Shown piece after piece: positions 33,739 through 42,643 of a stretch of DNA of 64,000 nucleotides; within the stretch, counting starts at the first letter, position 1, and each line of letters begins with the position of its first letter. The translations under genes were made by a program, and so were the position numbers. The DNA is taken from assembly GCA_964416765.1 (NCBI GenBank), contig CAYQEU010000001.1, forward strand, positions 1,675 to 65,674, read 5' to 3'. The notes under the pieces were generated by a model. It was not told the DNA's origin. It worked only from the letters and a program-made list of their open reading frames with translations, and searched no databases. The stretch is from an uncultured Candidatus Saccharibacteria bacterium (lineage in GTDB: Bacteria; Patescibacteriota; Doudnabacteria; UBA920).

Positions 33739-33763
33739 AAGGGCTTGTCAAAGCCCTTTTTTT
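33739..33763 (+). terminator. Intrinsic terminator AAGGGCTT-GTCA-AAGCCCTTTTTTT after gdh.
   Basis: 8-bp stem plus a T7 run. It overlaps the -35 of the downstream promoter. Confidence 0.75.
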
Positions 33764-33773
33764 GTGCTATAAT
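33745..33773 (+). promoter_or_regulatory. Promoter TTGTCA, 17-nt spacer, TGcTATAAT for the propeller-protein gene.
   Basis: TTGTCA at 33745-33750, TATAAT at 33768-33773 with TGc upstream. Confidence 0.6.
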
Positions 33774-33814
33774 TAAGGCATAATAAAGGTTAAACCTTAA
33801 AAATTAGAAACAAA

Positions 33815-36382
33815 ATGACAAGTAAATACTTCAAGCACGTCAGCCGTGTCCTGCTGGTTGCAGCGGTTGTTTTTTCGTGTTCAGGGGTTGTTGCCCCGCA
33901 GAGCAGCCATGCTGAGGACTTATTGCCGCGCGTTGTGGTGCGCGACCAGGCTATCCCAACACCACAGTACTACAACACTCCCAACGTGCCTCCGGGACAG
34001 AACGGGGGATCGGTTTATAAAACCCTGATCGCCGCTGACGGCACTATTTACTTGGCTGGAAATTTCGCGTTCGTCTCCGGACAAGACCGCCACAACCTGG
34101 CTGCCTTGTCGGCTGACGGCACTCTTTTGAGCTGGAACCCCAACGCGGATGGCGGAGTGTACACCATGGCCATGGACGGTAGTACTATATATATCGGCGG
34201 CGACTTTTCTCATATCGGCACCACAGCCAAAAACATGATCGCCGCTATCTCTACCAATGGGCAGTTAACTTCCTGGGCTCCGGCCCTCCCGGAAGGATAC
34301 GCTGTCGCTGGTATAGTGGTGGGAGCCAACTCGGTTTATGTCATGACTTCGCCGGGGCCGGATTATTACGGCGACCCAAATTCAGCGGTTGAGTCAGTAT
34401 TTGCTTTCGATAAAACATCGGGGGCCAAACAGTGGTCGGTAACTACCGACGGCTTTGCCATTAACGGAGCGTTAAAGGACAGCACGCTGTATGTGTCCGG
34501 AATATTCACCAAACTTGGCGGACAAGACCGCTCCGGTTTGGGGGCGATTAACGTCAGTAGTGGTCAGGTGACCTCCTGGAACCCAAACCCCAGCAACGCC
34601 CACCCAGAGTATTCGTATAATCTCGTGCAGGCGCTGACTCTTTCGGGAAACACTTTGTACGTGGGAGGAAGCTTCTCTTCCATTGCCAACCAATCCCGTT
34701 CTTACATTGCCTCGTTCGACGCCAGTACCGGCAACCTTACAAACTGGAACCCACAAGTGAGCTTTGGTTACGTTAATGAATCACCATCCATAATGTCTAT
34801 GGCCGTTGATGCTAACGGCAAGCTATATGTTGGCGGCAGCTTTGGTGATGACAACCATTCTTCTTTCTATAACTTATTTATTCTTGACCAGAACGGCATG
34901 GAATATTACTGGCCTATCGACATGGAAGCGAACGCGGATAACGGCTATTACGCCCCAGCGCTCGCCAACGTCGCGATTAGCGGCCATTACATGTATGCCA
35001 GTTCATATAATGACTTCGCCCGCTATGACCTGAACAGCCCCGTGCCTATGACCACAGTTAAGCCGGTATATCCTGGGCCTATTCCGCCTCCTGTCGTGCT
35101 GCCTCCGAACGTCCACGCGGGACAATTGCTAAAATTCAAGAGCAACAACGCGGTTTATCTAGTAGAACCGGAAGGGCTGTACCCGTTCCGCAACTACTAC
35201 TCCTTCCAGCTATACCAAGGCGCCAGCAATGAAAAAATCACCAACATAAATAATGTTATTGACCCATACACGGTTACTACGGCATATGGTTACTCTTCTG
35301 CCGATGAATATTTGGGCCAGTATATTCCCGCGGGACAGCCTTATGTGCCCGGCACTTTGGTTAATTCCAAAGGCACGGTATTCCTCATAATGGTAGGGGA
35401 GCAGATCCCGTTCCGGAACAAGGAATCCTTCCTGGGCCTTGGTTATTCCTTTGCCGATGTCATCAACGCCGACTTAACCAACTCAGGACTTACCCAGACT
35501 CCTGGCATATATACGGATAAAGTTCCACACACATGGGGCACATGGTTAAACTATAACGGCACGATTTACTATTCGGATGAAACCGGCATGATCGGTGTTC
35601 CTGACTGGAGCACTTTCCTTTCTAACCACGGTTTGCCGCAAATGATCAAACAAATGAACCAGTACGACCTCGATGTCTACTTCCAGGACCCGAACCAGCC
35701 AGTACTGCGCTACGCTGACCCGCGGGTAGCTTTGTCTCCAAACGACCCGCCGTATGACCCGGCCACTTACCGCGACCAGACCCGGGTTTATGACATCTAC
35801 AATATTCAGTATGCGCTTGAAGATTATTACTATGCGAATAACAGCCAGTACCCAGCCACCCTCAATGATTTAGTACCGGGCTACATTGGCGAACTGCCGG
35901 TGGCTCCAACCCCGGCTGACGGTTCCTGTACCGCCGACCAGAATACCTATAAGTACGTGCGTACGGACTCTTCCAACGTCGCGTTGACATTCTGTCTTGG
36001 TGCCGCGGTTGATAAGTATGTGGCGGGAGTAAATACTGACCACAGCCCTACCGCGGCCGACCACCGCGACATTACCCGCATAAATGATATTTACCAGCTG
36101 GATTCCGCCATTGAAAACTATCGCTATGACCACAGCAATAAGTACCCGAGCGCGTTATCTGACCTGACCCCTGCCTACATAGGGCAACTTCCAGTGGCGC
36201 CAACTCCGGCTGACGGCACTTGCAGCGCGCAACAAAATACCTACGCCTACCAAAAGCTAACCGATACTACCTTTAAGATGACTTTTTGTTTAGGCGGTAG
36301 TTACACTGGATACAGTGCGGGGTTCCGTACCATTGACCAGACGGGCCAAATTGATGGCGGCCCCGTTGGTCCCACTTATTAA
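33815..36382 (+). CDS. Secreted 855-aa protein: an N-terminal delta-60-repeat-type beta-propeller, then middle domains, then two tandem C-terminal pilin-headgroup-like domains.
   Basis: Signal peptide. Propeller repeats GNFAFVSGQDRHNLAALSADGTLLSWNPN, GDFSHIGTTAKNMIAAISTNGQLTSWAP, GIFTKLGGQDRSGLGAINVSSGQVTSWNPN, GSFSSIANQSRSYIASFDASTGNLTNWNPQ. The two C-terminal repeats of about 85 aa (R..D.Y.I..A.E.Y...N..YP..L.DL.P.YIG.LPVAPTPADG.C...QNTY.Y......FCLG) align with the globular domain of the dockerin-pilin at 27969..28553. Confidence 0.8.
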   Translation: MTSKYFKHVSRVLLVAAVVFSCSGVVAPQSSHAEDLLPRVVVRDQAIPTPQYYNTPNVPPGQNGGSVYKTLIAADGTIYLAGNFAFVSGQDRHNLAALSADGTLLSWNPNADGGVYTMAMDGSTIYIGGDFSHIGTTAKNMIAAISTNGQLTSWAPALPEGYAVAGIVVGANSVYVMTSPGPDYYGDPNSAVESVFAFDKTSGAKQWSVTTDGFAINGALKDSTLYVSGIFTKLGGQDRSGLGAINVSSGQVTSWNPNPSNAHPEYSYNLVQALTLSGNTLYVGGSFSSIANQSRSYIASFDASTGNLTNWNPQVSFGYVNESPSIMSMAVDANGKLYVGGSFGDDNHSSFYNLFILDQNGMEYYWPIDMEANADNGYYAPALANVAISGHYMYASSYNDFARYDLNSPVPMTTVKPVYPGPIPPPVVLPPNVHAGQLLKFKSNNAVYLVEPEGLYPFRNYYSFQLYQGASNEKITNINNVIDPYTVTTAYGYSSADEYLGQYIPAGQPYVPGTLVNSKGTVFLIMVGEQIPFRNKESFLGLGYSFADVINADLTNSGLTQTPGIYTDKVPHTWGTWLNYNGTIYYSDETGMIGVPDWSTFLSNHGLPQMIKQMNQYDLDVYFQDPNQPVLRYADPRVALSPNDPPYDPATYRDQTRVYDIYNIQYALEDYYYANNSQYPATLNDLVPGYIGELPVAPTPADGSCTADQNTYKYVRTDSSNVALTFCLGAAVDKYVAGVNTDHSPTAADHRDITRINDIYQLDSAIENYRYDHSNKYPSALSDLTPAYIGQLPVAPTPADGTCSAQQNTYAYQKLTDTTFKMTFCLGGSYTGYSAGFRTIDQTGQIDGGPVGPTY

Positions 36383-36447
36383 TTTAGTCATATAAAAGTA
36401 GATAAGATAAAACCCTCCGGAAATCCGGAGGGTTTTTAAATTTAGAA

Positions 36448-37005
36448 CTAGTTGGCGCGTTCCACGTATTCGCCGCTGCGGGTATCAATTCGGAGCATGT
36501 CGCCTTCTTTGATGAACATGGGAGCCTGGACTACGAGTCCGGTTTCCATGGTCACCGGCTTGGTAACGTTGCCGCCGGAGTTCCCAACCACGTTTGGCGG
36601 AGCTTCGGTAACTTTCAGGTCAATCTTAATTGGAAGTTCAATGGATACCGGCTTGCCGTTGAAGCGGAGGATCTGGACTTCCAACCCTTCCTTAAGGAAT
36701 CCCAACTGGGACTCGACTTCGCTAGTGGCCATATCCACTGTTTCAAAAGTTTCGTTGTTCATAAAGTGAACGCCCTCACCGTCAGTGTAAAGGTAGTTGG
36801 CCTTTTCGCGGGAAACATCTGCTTCTTCAACCTTTTCGCCAAACTTGAATGAGTATTCCATAACCTTGCCGGAGATAAGATTTTCCAGCTTGGCCTGCAT
36901 GACAGGCTTTCTCTGGGCGGTACGCATGCGGTTGGACCAAATAACCTTAAAAGGCTGGTTGTTCATGAGCACGATAGCCCCTAATTTTACGTCGTTTAAA
37001 TCCAT
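36448..37005 (-). CDS. efp: Translation elongation factor P.
   Basis: Three-domain EF-P pattern with C-terminal KPVTMETGLVVQAPMFIKEGDMLRIDTRSGEYVER. Confidence 0.9.
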   Translation of the reverse strand: MDLNDVKLGAIVLMNNQPFKVIWSNRMRTAQRKPVMQAKLENLISGKVMEYSFKFGEKVEEADVSREKANYLYTDGEGVHFMNNETFETVDMATSEVESQLGFLKEGLEVQILRFNGKPVSIELPIKIDLKVTEAPPNVVGNSGGNVTKPVTMETGLVVQAPMFIKEGDMLRIDTRSGEYVERAN

Positions 37006-37022
37006 GGGGGTTGGGTTTTAGT

Positions 37023-37253
37023 TTAAGGAGCAACGAATGGAAGCAGTGCCATGTGGCGGGCGCGCTTCAACGCGATGGTAACCATGCGCTGGTGCTTCGG
37101 GCAGGAGCCATTCTTTACCCGGGAAAGGATCTTGGCGTGAGGAGACATGAAGCGGCGCAAGGTTTGGGTGTCTTTGTAGTCCACTGTTGTGATCTTGTTA
37201 GAACAGAAGTAGCAGACTTTTTTAGCCACCGGTGCATTTTGCTGTGGTTTCAT
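37023..37253 (-). CDS. rpsR: 30S ribosomal protein S18.
   Basis: YKDTQTLRRFMSPHAKILSRVKNGSCPKHQRMVTIALKRARHMALLPF. Confidence 0.9.
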   Translation of the reverse strand: MKPQQNAPVAKKVCYFCSNKITTVDYKDTQTLRRFMSPHAKILSRVKNGSCPKHQRMVTIALKRARHMALLPFVAP

Positions 37254-37272
37254 ATTTGAGGGGGATTAAGGT

Positions 37273-37740
37273 TTAAAAGGGGATATCTTCAACATTCAGG
37301 TCTTCGCCCTGGATGATGGTTGGTAGTTCTTCGGACGGCGCTTCCTGATTCATGCTATCGCTAGGAGCGGAATTGCCGCGGCTCGGAGCGGACATGTCGG
37401 AACTTCCGGCGCCGCCATCGAGCATGATCATGTTATCAGCCACAATTTCGGTGCGGTAGTTCTTCTTGCCGTCCTGGCCATCCCACGAACGGGTTTGCAA
37501 ACGGCCTTCAATGTAAACGCGACGGCCTTTCTTGAGGTACTGGTTGGCGATTTCGGCCAGTTTGCGCCACAACACAACGTTGTGGTATTCAACCTGCTCG
37601 ACGCGCTGGCCACTCTGCTGGTTTGTGTAAACGTAATTGGTGGCAAGGCCGAGTTGGCAGACACTAGCCCCGTTGGGGGTGGTTTTTAGTTCTGGATCAC
37701 GGGTCAGGCGGCCAATGATCATTACTTTATTTAAGTCCAT
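37273..37740 (-). CDS. ssb: Single-stranded DNA-binding protein.
   Basis: OB-fold MDLNKVMIIGRLTRDPEL..., W/F aromatic positions, and an acidic C-terminal tail ending DIPF. Confidence 0.9.
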   Translation of the reverse strand: MDLNKVMIIGRLTRDPELKTTPNGASVCQLGLATNYVYTNQQSGQRVEQVEYHNVVLWRKLAEIANQYLKKGRRVYIEGRLQTRSWDGQDGKKNYRTEIVADNMIMLDGGAGSSDMSAPSRGNSAPSDSMNQEAPSEELPTIIQGEDLNVEDIPF

Positions 37741-37751
37741 GGTTTTTGAGA

Positions 37752-38240
37752 TTACTTGCTAACGTCCTCGTTAAGGGCGGCTTCAATTTGCTCGTCCAAA
37801 TCAACAACCTCACCCGTGCTTTCGGCAGAGGCCTTAGGGGCGGCCGGAGCGGAAGGGGCTTCTGCCGGGGCACCGGTTTCGCTTTGGGCTTCAACCGGGC
37901 GGTTGCGGTTCATCTTAGCCTGGACTTCACGGTCGCGTGAAAGACGCTCCAAGTGTTCGTCTTGGTTTACTAAGATGTAACGGATGATTATGTTTTGGGT
38001 GCGGATTTTAGCGTCCAGGTCATTGATTTTTGGCCCTTCCAAACTAAAATCGATTAACCCATAAAAACCGTTGCGGGTTTTCTTGATAGGGTAGGCGAGC
38101 TTTTTCTTGCCTAACTGAGTCTCCTGGATGTCGGTACCGCCAAAGTCGGAAACGAATTGGGCGATTTGTCCGGTAACATCAGGGATCTGATCGTCAGAAA
38201 CTGACGAAGCCAATATGTACATGAGTTCATATCTTGGCAT
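37752..38240 (-). CDS. rpsF: 30S ribosomal protein S6, with a C-terminal Ala/Pro/Glu-rich extension.
   Basis: MPRYELMYILASS...LGKKKLAYPIKKTRNGFYGLIDF. Order rpsF-ssb-rpsR. Confidence 0.9.
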   Translation of the reverse strand: MPRYELMYILASSVSDDQIPDVTGQIAQFVSDFGGTDIQETQLGKKKLAYPIKKTRNGFYGLIDFSLEGPKINDLDAKIRTQNIIIRYILVNQDEHLERLSRDREVQAKMNRNRPVEAQSETGAPAEAPSAPAAPKASAESTGEVVDLDEQIEAALNEDVSK

Positions 38241-38443
38241 GAAGGATGGTCTCCTTATTCCTATAATCCGGTCGTGGAGAAGAACGCTTGCGGCAAAGTA
38301 CAGGCGGTCCTCTCCAACCGTTCGTTACCTTGCTTCCTCGCCCCTCTTCAAGGAAGCTGCAGGAAAGGCTTTTTCAGGGCCTGTCCCTTAGCTCCATGTT
38401 ATAGGAGATATGTTAATGATTTATTAAAGAAATAGTAAAAACT
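38241..38443 (-). promoter_or_regulatory. Long (about 200 nt) structured 5' leader of rpsF, a candidate S6:S18-binding autoregulatory leader.
   Basis: Multiple stable hairpins, e.g. GCTTCCT-N12-AGGAAGC and AGGG-ACAGG-CCCT, between the predicted transcription start and the AAGGAG RBS. Confidence 0.4.
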
Positions 38444-38449
38444 TGCTAA

Positions 38450-38478
38450 ATTATAGCCCATTTATCCACTTTTGTCCA
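38450..38478 (-). promoter_or_regulatory. Promoter for the rpsF operon: TGGACA, 17-nt spacer, TATAAT (minus strand).
   Basis: Minus-strand sequence reads TGGACAaaagtggataaatgggcTATAAT; the plus-strand complement lies at 38450-38455 and 38473-38478. Confidence 0.6.
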
Positions 38479-38576
38479 GCATATAATAAGGCTAAATAAT
38501 GCAACTTTTGGTATGCTTATATCGTGCTAATACTGCCAGTTGCCCAATTACTGGCACTTTATTAATAAGAACCACA

Positions 38577-39569
38577 ATGAATAAGTTAAAGGTTTTTTTG
38601 ACTGGAGTATTAACTCTGGCGTCGATTGCGGGAACTGCAGTGGCCCCCATGGTCGTTAAAGCAGCTTCATGCGCTGATGCCTCTATTCCTTTGTATGGAA
38701 TGCTTAAACCAGATGGCAGGCATTTTTATACCACCAATTACCAGGAAGTTCAGCAAGTTGCCCAATATAACTATCAGTTTATGGGTATTGTAACCAGGAT
38801 TTTCGCCCAGCGTGTTTCAGGCACCGTCGCCATCAAACGGTACTATAACTCAGCAACTGGCGCGCATCGCTATTTCGCCTCTGACTCCATTGATACTTCC
38901 AAGGGCTCCTATGAAGGGGAGTTAGGTTATATCTCAACTTCTCCTTCCAATAACCTGAACAATATATTTTTCCAAGTCAGTGACAGTAAACAAGATGTAA
39001 TTTTGAGCATCGACGATAACAATATTTGGGGTTATGGTTTGGTGGGGCCTGACGCGTCATATAATCGTTCCGGAACTTTAGGGTGGTCATGTGGTGCTCA
39101 AAGCGCTATTACGGCTCAGGTATCCCTACTGCGCTACTATAATCCAAAGACCAAACACCACTTCATGACTACCAGCAAGACAGAAGGAAATGCCTTGGTA
39201 AAAAATTCAGGATATAAATATGAAGGAATAAGCGGATATATCTTTGCCATGGAAGAAGGCTTGAATTTCGCCGCTAACCATCCTGTATACAGAATGTACA
39301 AAAGGAGTTCCGATGACCACTTGTATACAACAAACGAATCTGAAAAGGCATTCTTGATGACCCAGGGGTACACATTTGAAGGAACCATGGGTTGGACAGC
39401 CTCTGATCAAGGCGATCAAGGAATTCCCATGCACCGGTTGTTCAACCACACAACCAATGACCGATTATATACTATTGATAACTTGGAAACCCAGCGCGCC
39501 ATAGCCGCTGGTTACACGGAAGAGTCGCCGTTGGGTTACGCTAATCCACGGTTCCAATACGGCTACTAA
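38577..39569 (+). CDS. Secreted protein with four repeats of about 45 aa, similar to DUF5648-like (R.YNP.T.DH.YTT...E) repeats.
   Basis: ATG at 38577 gives signal peptide MNKLKVFLTGVLTLASIAGTAVAPMVVKAAS. Repeats KRYYNSATGAHRYFAS.., LRYYNPKTKHHFMTTSKTE.., YRMYKRSSDDHLYTTNESE.., HRLFNHTTNDRLYTIDNLE.. Confidence 0.65.
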   Translation: MNKLKVFLTGVLTLASIAGTAVAPMVVKAASCADASIPLYGMLKPDGRHFYTTNYQEVQQVAQYNYQFMGIVTRIFAQRVSGTVAIKRYYNSATGAHRYFASDSIDTSKGSYEGELGYISTSPSNNLNNIFFQVSDSKQDVILSIDDNNIWGYGLVGPDASYNRSGTLGWSCGAQSAITAQVSLLRYYNPKTKHHFMTTSKTEGNALVKNSGYKYEGISGYIFAMEEGLNFAANHPVYRMYKRSSDDHLYTTNESEKAFLMTQGYTFEGTMGWTASDQGDQGIPMHRLFNHTTNDRLYTIDNLETQRAIAAGYTEESPLGYANPRFQYGY

Positions 39570-39580
39570 AGCATCTAACT

Positions 39581-39605
39581 AAAACCGCCCTCCGGGGCGG
39601 TTTTT
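39581..39605. terminator. Bidirectional intrinsic terminator AAAACCGCCC-TCCG-GGGCGGTTTTT between convergent genes.
   Basis: Perfect 6-bp GC stem with flanking A4 and T5 runs. Confidence 0.8.
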
Positions 39606-40882
39606 CAATTGAAGTATTTTACGATACCGTGGGACAAGGCAAAGGTAATGGGCTTCCGTATAAGCGCCTGCAATGTTTTGCCAATAGGGTATTTGCGCTG
39701 GAATTTGAACTCCTCGTCAAAGTCGTTGCGTCCCGTCATGGATTTATCGGCGATATACGATCCAATTGCCGCAGCCCAGGGGAGACCCGTAGGGGCTGCC
39801 ATGTAGTATAGGTTTTTTTGCTCGGGGTCTTGGGCTGCCAGCGGTACCAAGTCCTTGCTCACGCCAATCATGCCTGGCCAGAAATATTCCAGTTCCACTT
39901 CAAGCCAGGGGAACTTTTGGCTTAGGTATCCTTTCATCTTCCGCATAATGGCGGCCGAGTGTTTGATTTCAAAAGGCACATAGGTATAGAACATAGACGC
40001 TGCTCCAATGAGAAGGCGGTTTTCGGCAACTATCCGGTAGTATTGGTAGATGAGGTCAGTATCCCAAACCATAGTTTTTGCGTCGGGGAACATCTTTTTG
40101 GTGGCAGCTTCAGGAAGGGGTTTGCTAATGGCCAGGAAAGTTTGGGCTTGGTAGACTTGCGGCTTCATAACGCCCAGAGAAGGGCTGAATCGGTCCGCAC
40201 ATACTAATATGCTTTTGGCGGTCACTTTGTATTTGCCCACCTTTACTCCGTCTTTTTGTATCTCCGTAACGCGCGACTGCTCATAGATTTGGACACCCTT
40301 CGTCTCTAATATTTCTTTAAGGCCCTGGCAGTAGAGATAGGCATTAATCCCAAATGTGTCGGGATAACGAACCGCTCCGTAGTACTCATTACTTCCTATA
40401 ACTTGGTCAATTTCATTCCCGTGGTAGAGCCGGCTTTCGTAACCCAAGCTTGTGCGCGCATCATGTTCTTTTTTGATCCGCTTCGTCTTGCCGGAAGCGT
40501 TGGCCACGAACAGGGAATCCTGCACTTCATAGTCACATACAATGTTATGCTGCTCGATGTTTTGGCGGATTTTGTCTACTCCGGATACCACAAAGTCCCA
40601 GAGCTTCTTAGCTTTGTCTTTGCCGTATGTTTCAATCAAGTTTGAGAGTTCAAGCTCGGAATCGGGAGTAATAAACCCGGAAGATTTGCCTGACGCACCG
40701 CCCCCGCAAAAATCTTGTTCGAGCAAAATTACTTTCTGGCCATGCTCTTGAAGCGTTTGGGCTGCGGACAAGCCGGCCATGCCCCCACCCACTACAACCG
40801 TGTCGCATTCCAGATTTTCGCTGAGTGGTTTAATTTGGGGTTTCTTCTGGGTATACCAGAAAACTTTGTCTCTTATCTCCAT
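39605..40882 (-). CDS. FAD-dependent oxidoreductase (amine oxidase/phytoene desaturase-like).
   Basis: N-terminal dinucleotide-binding motif DTVVVGGGMAGLSAAQTL...LLEQ. A -10 TATAAT lies 6 nt upstream of the ATG, suggesting a leaderless mRNA. Confidence 0.75.
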   Translation of the reverse strand: MEIRDKVFWYTQKKPQIKPLSENLECDTVVVGGGMAGLSAAQTLQEHGQKVILLEQDFCGGGASGKSSGFITPDSELELSNLIETYGKDKAKKLWDFVVSGVDKIRQNIEQHNIVCDYEVQDSLFVANASGKTKRIKKEHDARTSLGYESRLYHGNEIDQVIGSNEYYGAVRYPDTFGINAYLYCQGLKEILETKGVQIYEQSRVTEIQKDGVKVGKYKVTAKSILVCADRFSPSLGVMKPQVYQAQTFLAISKPLPEAATKKMFPDAKTMVWDTDLIYQYYRIVAENRLLIGAASMFYTYVPFEIKHSAAIMRKMKGYLSQKFPWLEVELEYFWPGMIGVSKDLVPLAAQDPEQKNLYYMAAPTGLPWAAAIGSYIADKSMTGRNDFDEEFKFQRKYPIGKTLQALIRKPITFALSHGIVKYFN

Positions 40883-40901
40883 ATAGTCATTATATACCCA
40901 T

Positions 40902-40931
40902 AAACAAAAACCGCCCTATGTGGAGCGGTTA
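40902..40931 (-). terminator. Intrinsic terminator for ychF (stem AACCGC/GCGGTT, 10-nt loop, U-tract).
   Basis: The minus-strand RNA reads AACCGC-UCCACAUAGG-GCGGUU-UUUGUUU, and the stop codon is inside the stem. Confidence 0.6.
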
Positions 40932-42038
40932 GTTGGCAAATCGGAAGTGGACGACGTCGCCGTCTTGTACAACGTATTCTTTTCCTTCCACGCGCAGCCA
41001 GCCCTTTTCTTTGGCCCCGTTGTAGGAACCAGCTTCCAGGAGTTTGTCCCACTGAATCACTTCCGCGCGGATGAAGCCGTGTTCGAAGTCGGTGTGGATG
41101 ACTCCCGCGGCTTGTGGAGCTTTGGTACCTGCAGGGCATGTCCAGGCTTTGCTTTCCATCGGACCCGCTGTGATGAAAGTAACTAACCCCAGGGTTCGGT
41201 ATGCAGCTTTTATGATTTTGTCCAAACCGCTTTCGTTCAGCCCTAAATCTTTTAAGTATTGGGCGCGGTCTTCATCTTCGAAATCCGCCAGTTCGGTTTC
41301 CAACTTGGCATCTATGACTATGACGTCGCCAAAATTGAATTTATATTCATCCGTGTTGATCGGGGACCCGTCGGAGTTTTCATACTGCTTGGAAGAAATA
41401 TTGTATGTAGAGTTTATGGCCAAGAGGAAAGGTTTGGTGGTGAGCAGTTGGACGTCTTTGCTGGCTGCTTTTTCTTCTTCATTCAACACAACAGTATTGG
41501 CCATTTGGCCGTTTTCAACGGCAGCCCGGTACTTTTCCAATGCCTGCTTTTTAAGTATCATCTCGCGGTCGTTACCCCGCGCCTGGCGTGCCACGGTTTC
41601 CAAACGCTTATCGATATTCTGTAAGTCAGCCAGCTGTAGCTCAATCGCAATAGTTTCAATGTCGCGTTTCGCGTCCACTGACCCTTGCACGTGGATGATA
41701 TCATCGTCATGGAACAAACGGGAAACTTCGAGGATAGCGTCTACTTCGCGGATATGGGAAAGGAACTGGTTCCCCAACCCTTCTCCCTTATGCGCGCCGC
41801 TAACTAGCCCGGCGATGTCCACAAATTCAATAGTGGTAGGGACAATCTTTTCGCTCTTTTCCTGGGCGGCTAATTTAGCAAGGCGGTCATCCGGCACGGC
41901 AACAACACCGACATTCGGGTCGATGGTGGCAAAAGGGTAATTAGCAGCTTCAACGTTGCTCTTGGTGATGGCGTTAAACAGGGTGGACTTGCCCACGTTG
42001 GGCAGTCCGACAATTCCAATCTTAAATGACATAGCCAT
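40929..42038 (-). CDS. ychF: Ribosome-binding ATPase YchF (Obg-like GTPase family, TGS domain).
   Basis: MSFKIGIVGLPNVGKSTLFNAIT G1 motif, and a C-terminal TGS domain VVQDGDVVHFRFAN. The ORF-track start at 42143 is an upstream extension; Met codons at 42038 and 42032 fit homologs. Confidence 0.9.
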   Translation of the reverse strand: MAMSFKIGIVGLPNVGKSTLFNAITKSNVEAANYPFATIDPNVGVVAVPDDRLAKLAAQEKSEKIVPTTIEFVDIAGLVSGAHKGEGLGNQFLSHIREVDAILEVSRLFHDDDIIHVQGSVDAKRDIETIAIELQLADLQNIDKRLETVARQARGNDREMILKKQALEKYRAAVENGQMANTVVLNEEEKAASKDVQLLTTKPFLLAINSTYNISSKQYENSDGSPINTDEYKFNFGDVIVIDAKLETELADFEDEDRAQYLKDLGLNESGLDKIIKAAYRTLGLVTFITAGPMESKAWTCPAGTKAPQAAGVIHTDFEHGFIRAEVIQWDKLLEAGSYNGAKEKGWLRVEGKEYVVQDGDVVHFRFAN

Positions 42039-42176
42039 AATTTTACTTGGGTTTTCCACATATTGCAATATTCGGCGTTTTGTTTTATTATTGGCGGTAT
42101 GTCCGATAGGGTTCCCCCTTGGCTGACATACAAAAACAAACACAAACGAAAACTTAATAGGAGAAACTACAAATTA

Positions 42177-42515
42177 ATGAAAAGAAACACACGTAACGCC
42201 CCGCAGAACAATTCGGCTGACCGCGTCCCTTCGAGAAAGGGCACACCCAAGTTTTTCAGGAACCTACCTGAGACAGTCGTCGAAACGCTCTGCATCGAGT
42301 TTGATGCATTCCCCAGCCGAGCCAACGTCAGGAATATTCGCACATTCCTCGACACGAACAAAAAGGCGGTTAATGGACTTACCTTCCACGCGCTCAAAGG
42401 AGACCGCTTCAAACTCGTTCATCCTGTGGCGGGCAATCATATTTGCACGCCCAGCACCTTCCTTGACGCTATAGCTCGCGTCAACACTGTTCGCTACGAC
42501 CGCGCATCCGCGTAA
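42177..42515 (+). CDS. Hypothetical basic protein (113 aa).
   Basis: ATG at 42177 has a TAGGAGAAA RBS. A perfect 15-bp terminator follows on the same strand, supporting plus-strand transcription. Confidence 0.45.
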   Translation: MKRNTRNAPQNNSADRVPSRKGTPKFFRNLPETVVETLCIEFDAFPSRANVRNIRTFLDTNKKAVNGLTFHALKGDRFKLVHPVAGNHICTPSTFLDAIARVNTVRYDRASA

Positions 42516-42530
42516 CCCACGTTTCTATCC

Positions 42531-42570
42531 GAAGACCCGAAACTTGCTGTTTAAGTTTCGGGTCTTCTTT
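42531..42570 (+). terminator. Strong intrinsic terminator GAAGACCCGAAACTT-GCTGTTT-AAGTTTCGGGTCTTC-TTT.
   Basis: Perfect 15-bp stem. Confidence 0.8.
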
Positions 42571-42643
42571 ATGCCCGAAACAGGCGTTTCTGTGCCTGGT
42601 TATTTTCTGGTAAAATGTAAATACAAACTCATTAACATATCCG

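Noticed and set aside
36448-37005. Possibility that EF-P carries the Arg-type (EarP-rhamnosylated) loop in place of the Lys34 loop.
   Set aside because: The loop region (NRMRTAQRKP) cannot be aligned confidently to either the KPGKGQA or the SGRNAA loop type without a proper alignment. I am leaving this unasserted.
41071-41940. 289-aa plus-strand ORF antisense to ychF; also 17055..17564 antisense to sodC, 61950..62884 antisense to dnaK, and 55420..56055 antisense to the GT gene.
   Set aside because: Each lies opposite a gene with strong conserved motifs, and the antisense products are low-complexity Ser/Ala/Arg-rich.
42063-42176. Upstream extension of the 42063..42515 ORF.
   Set aside because: TAGGAGAAA-N12-ATG at 42177 gives a better start. 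The upstream segment overlaps the divergent ychF promoter region.
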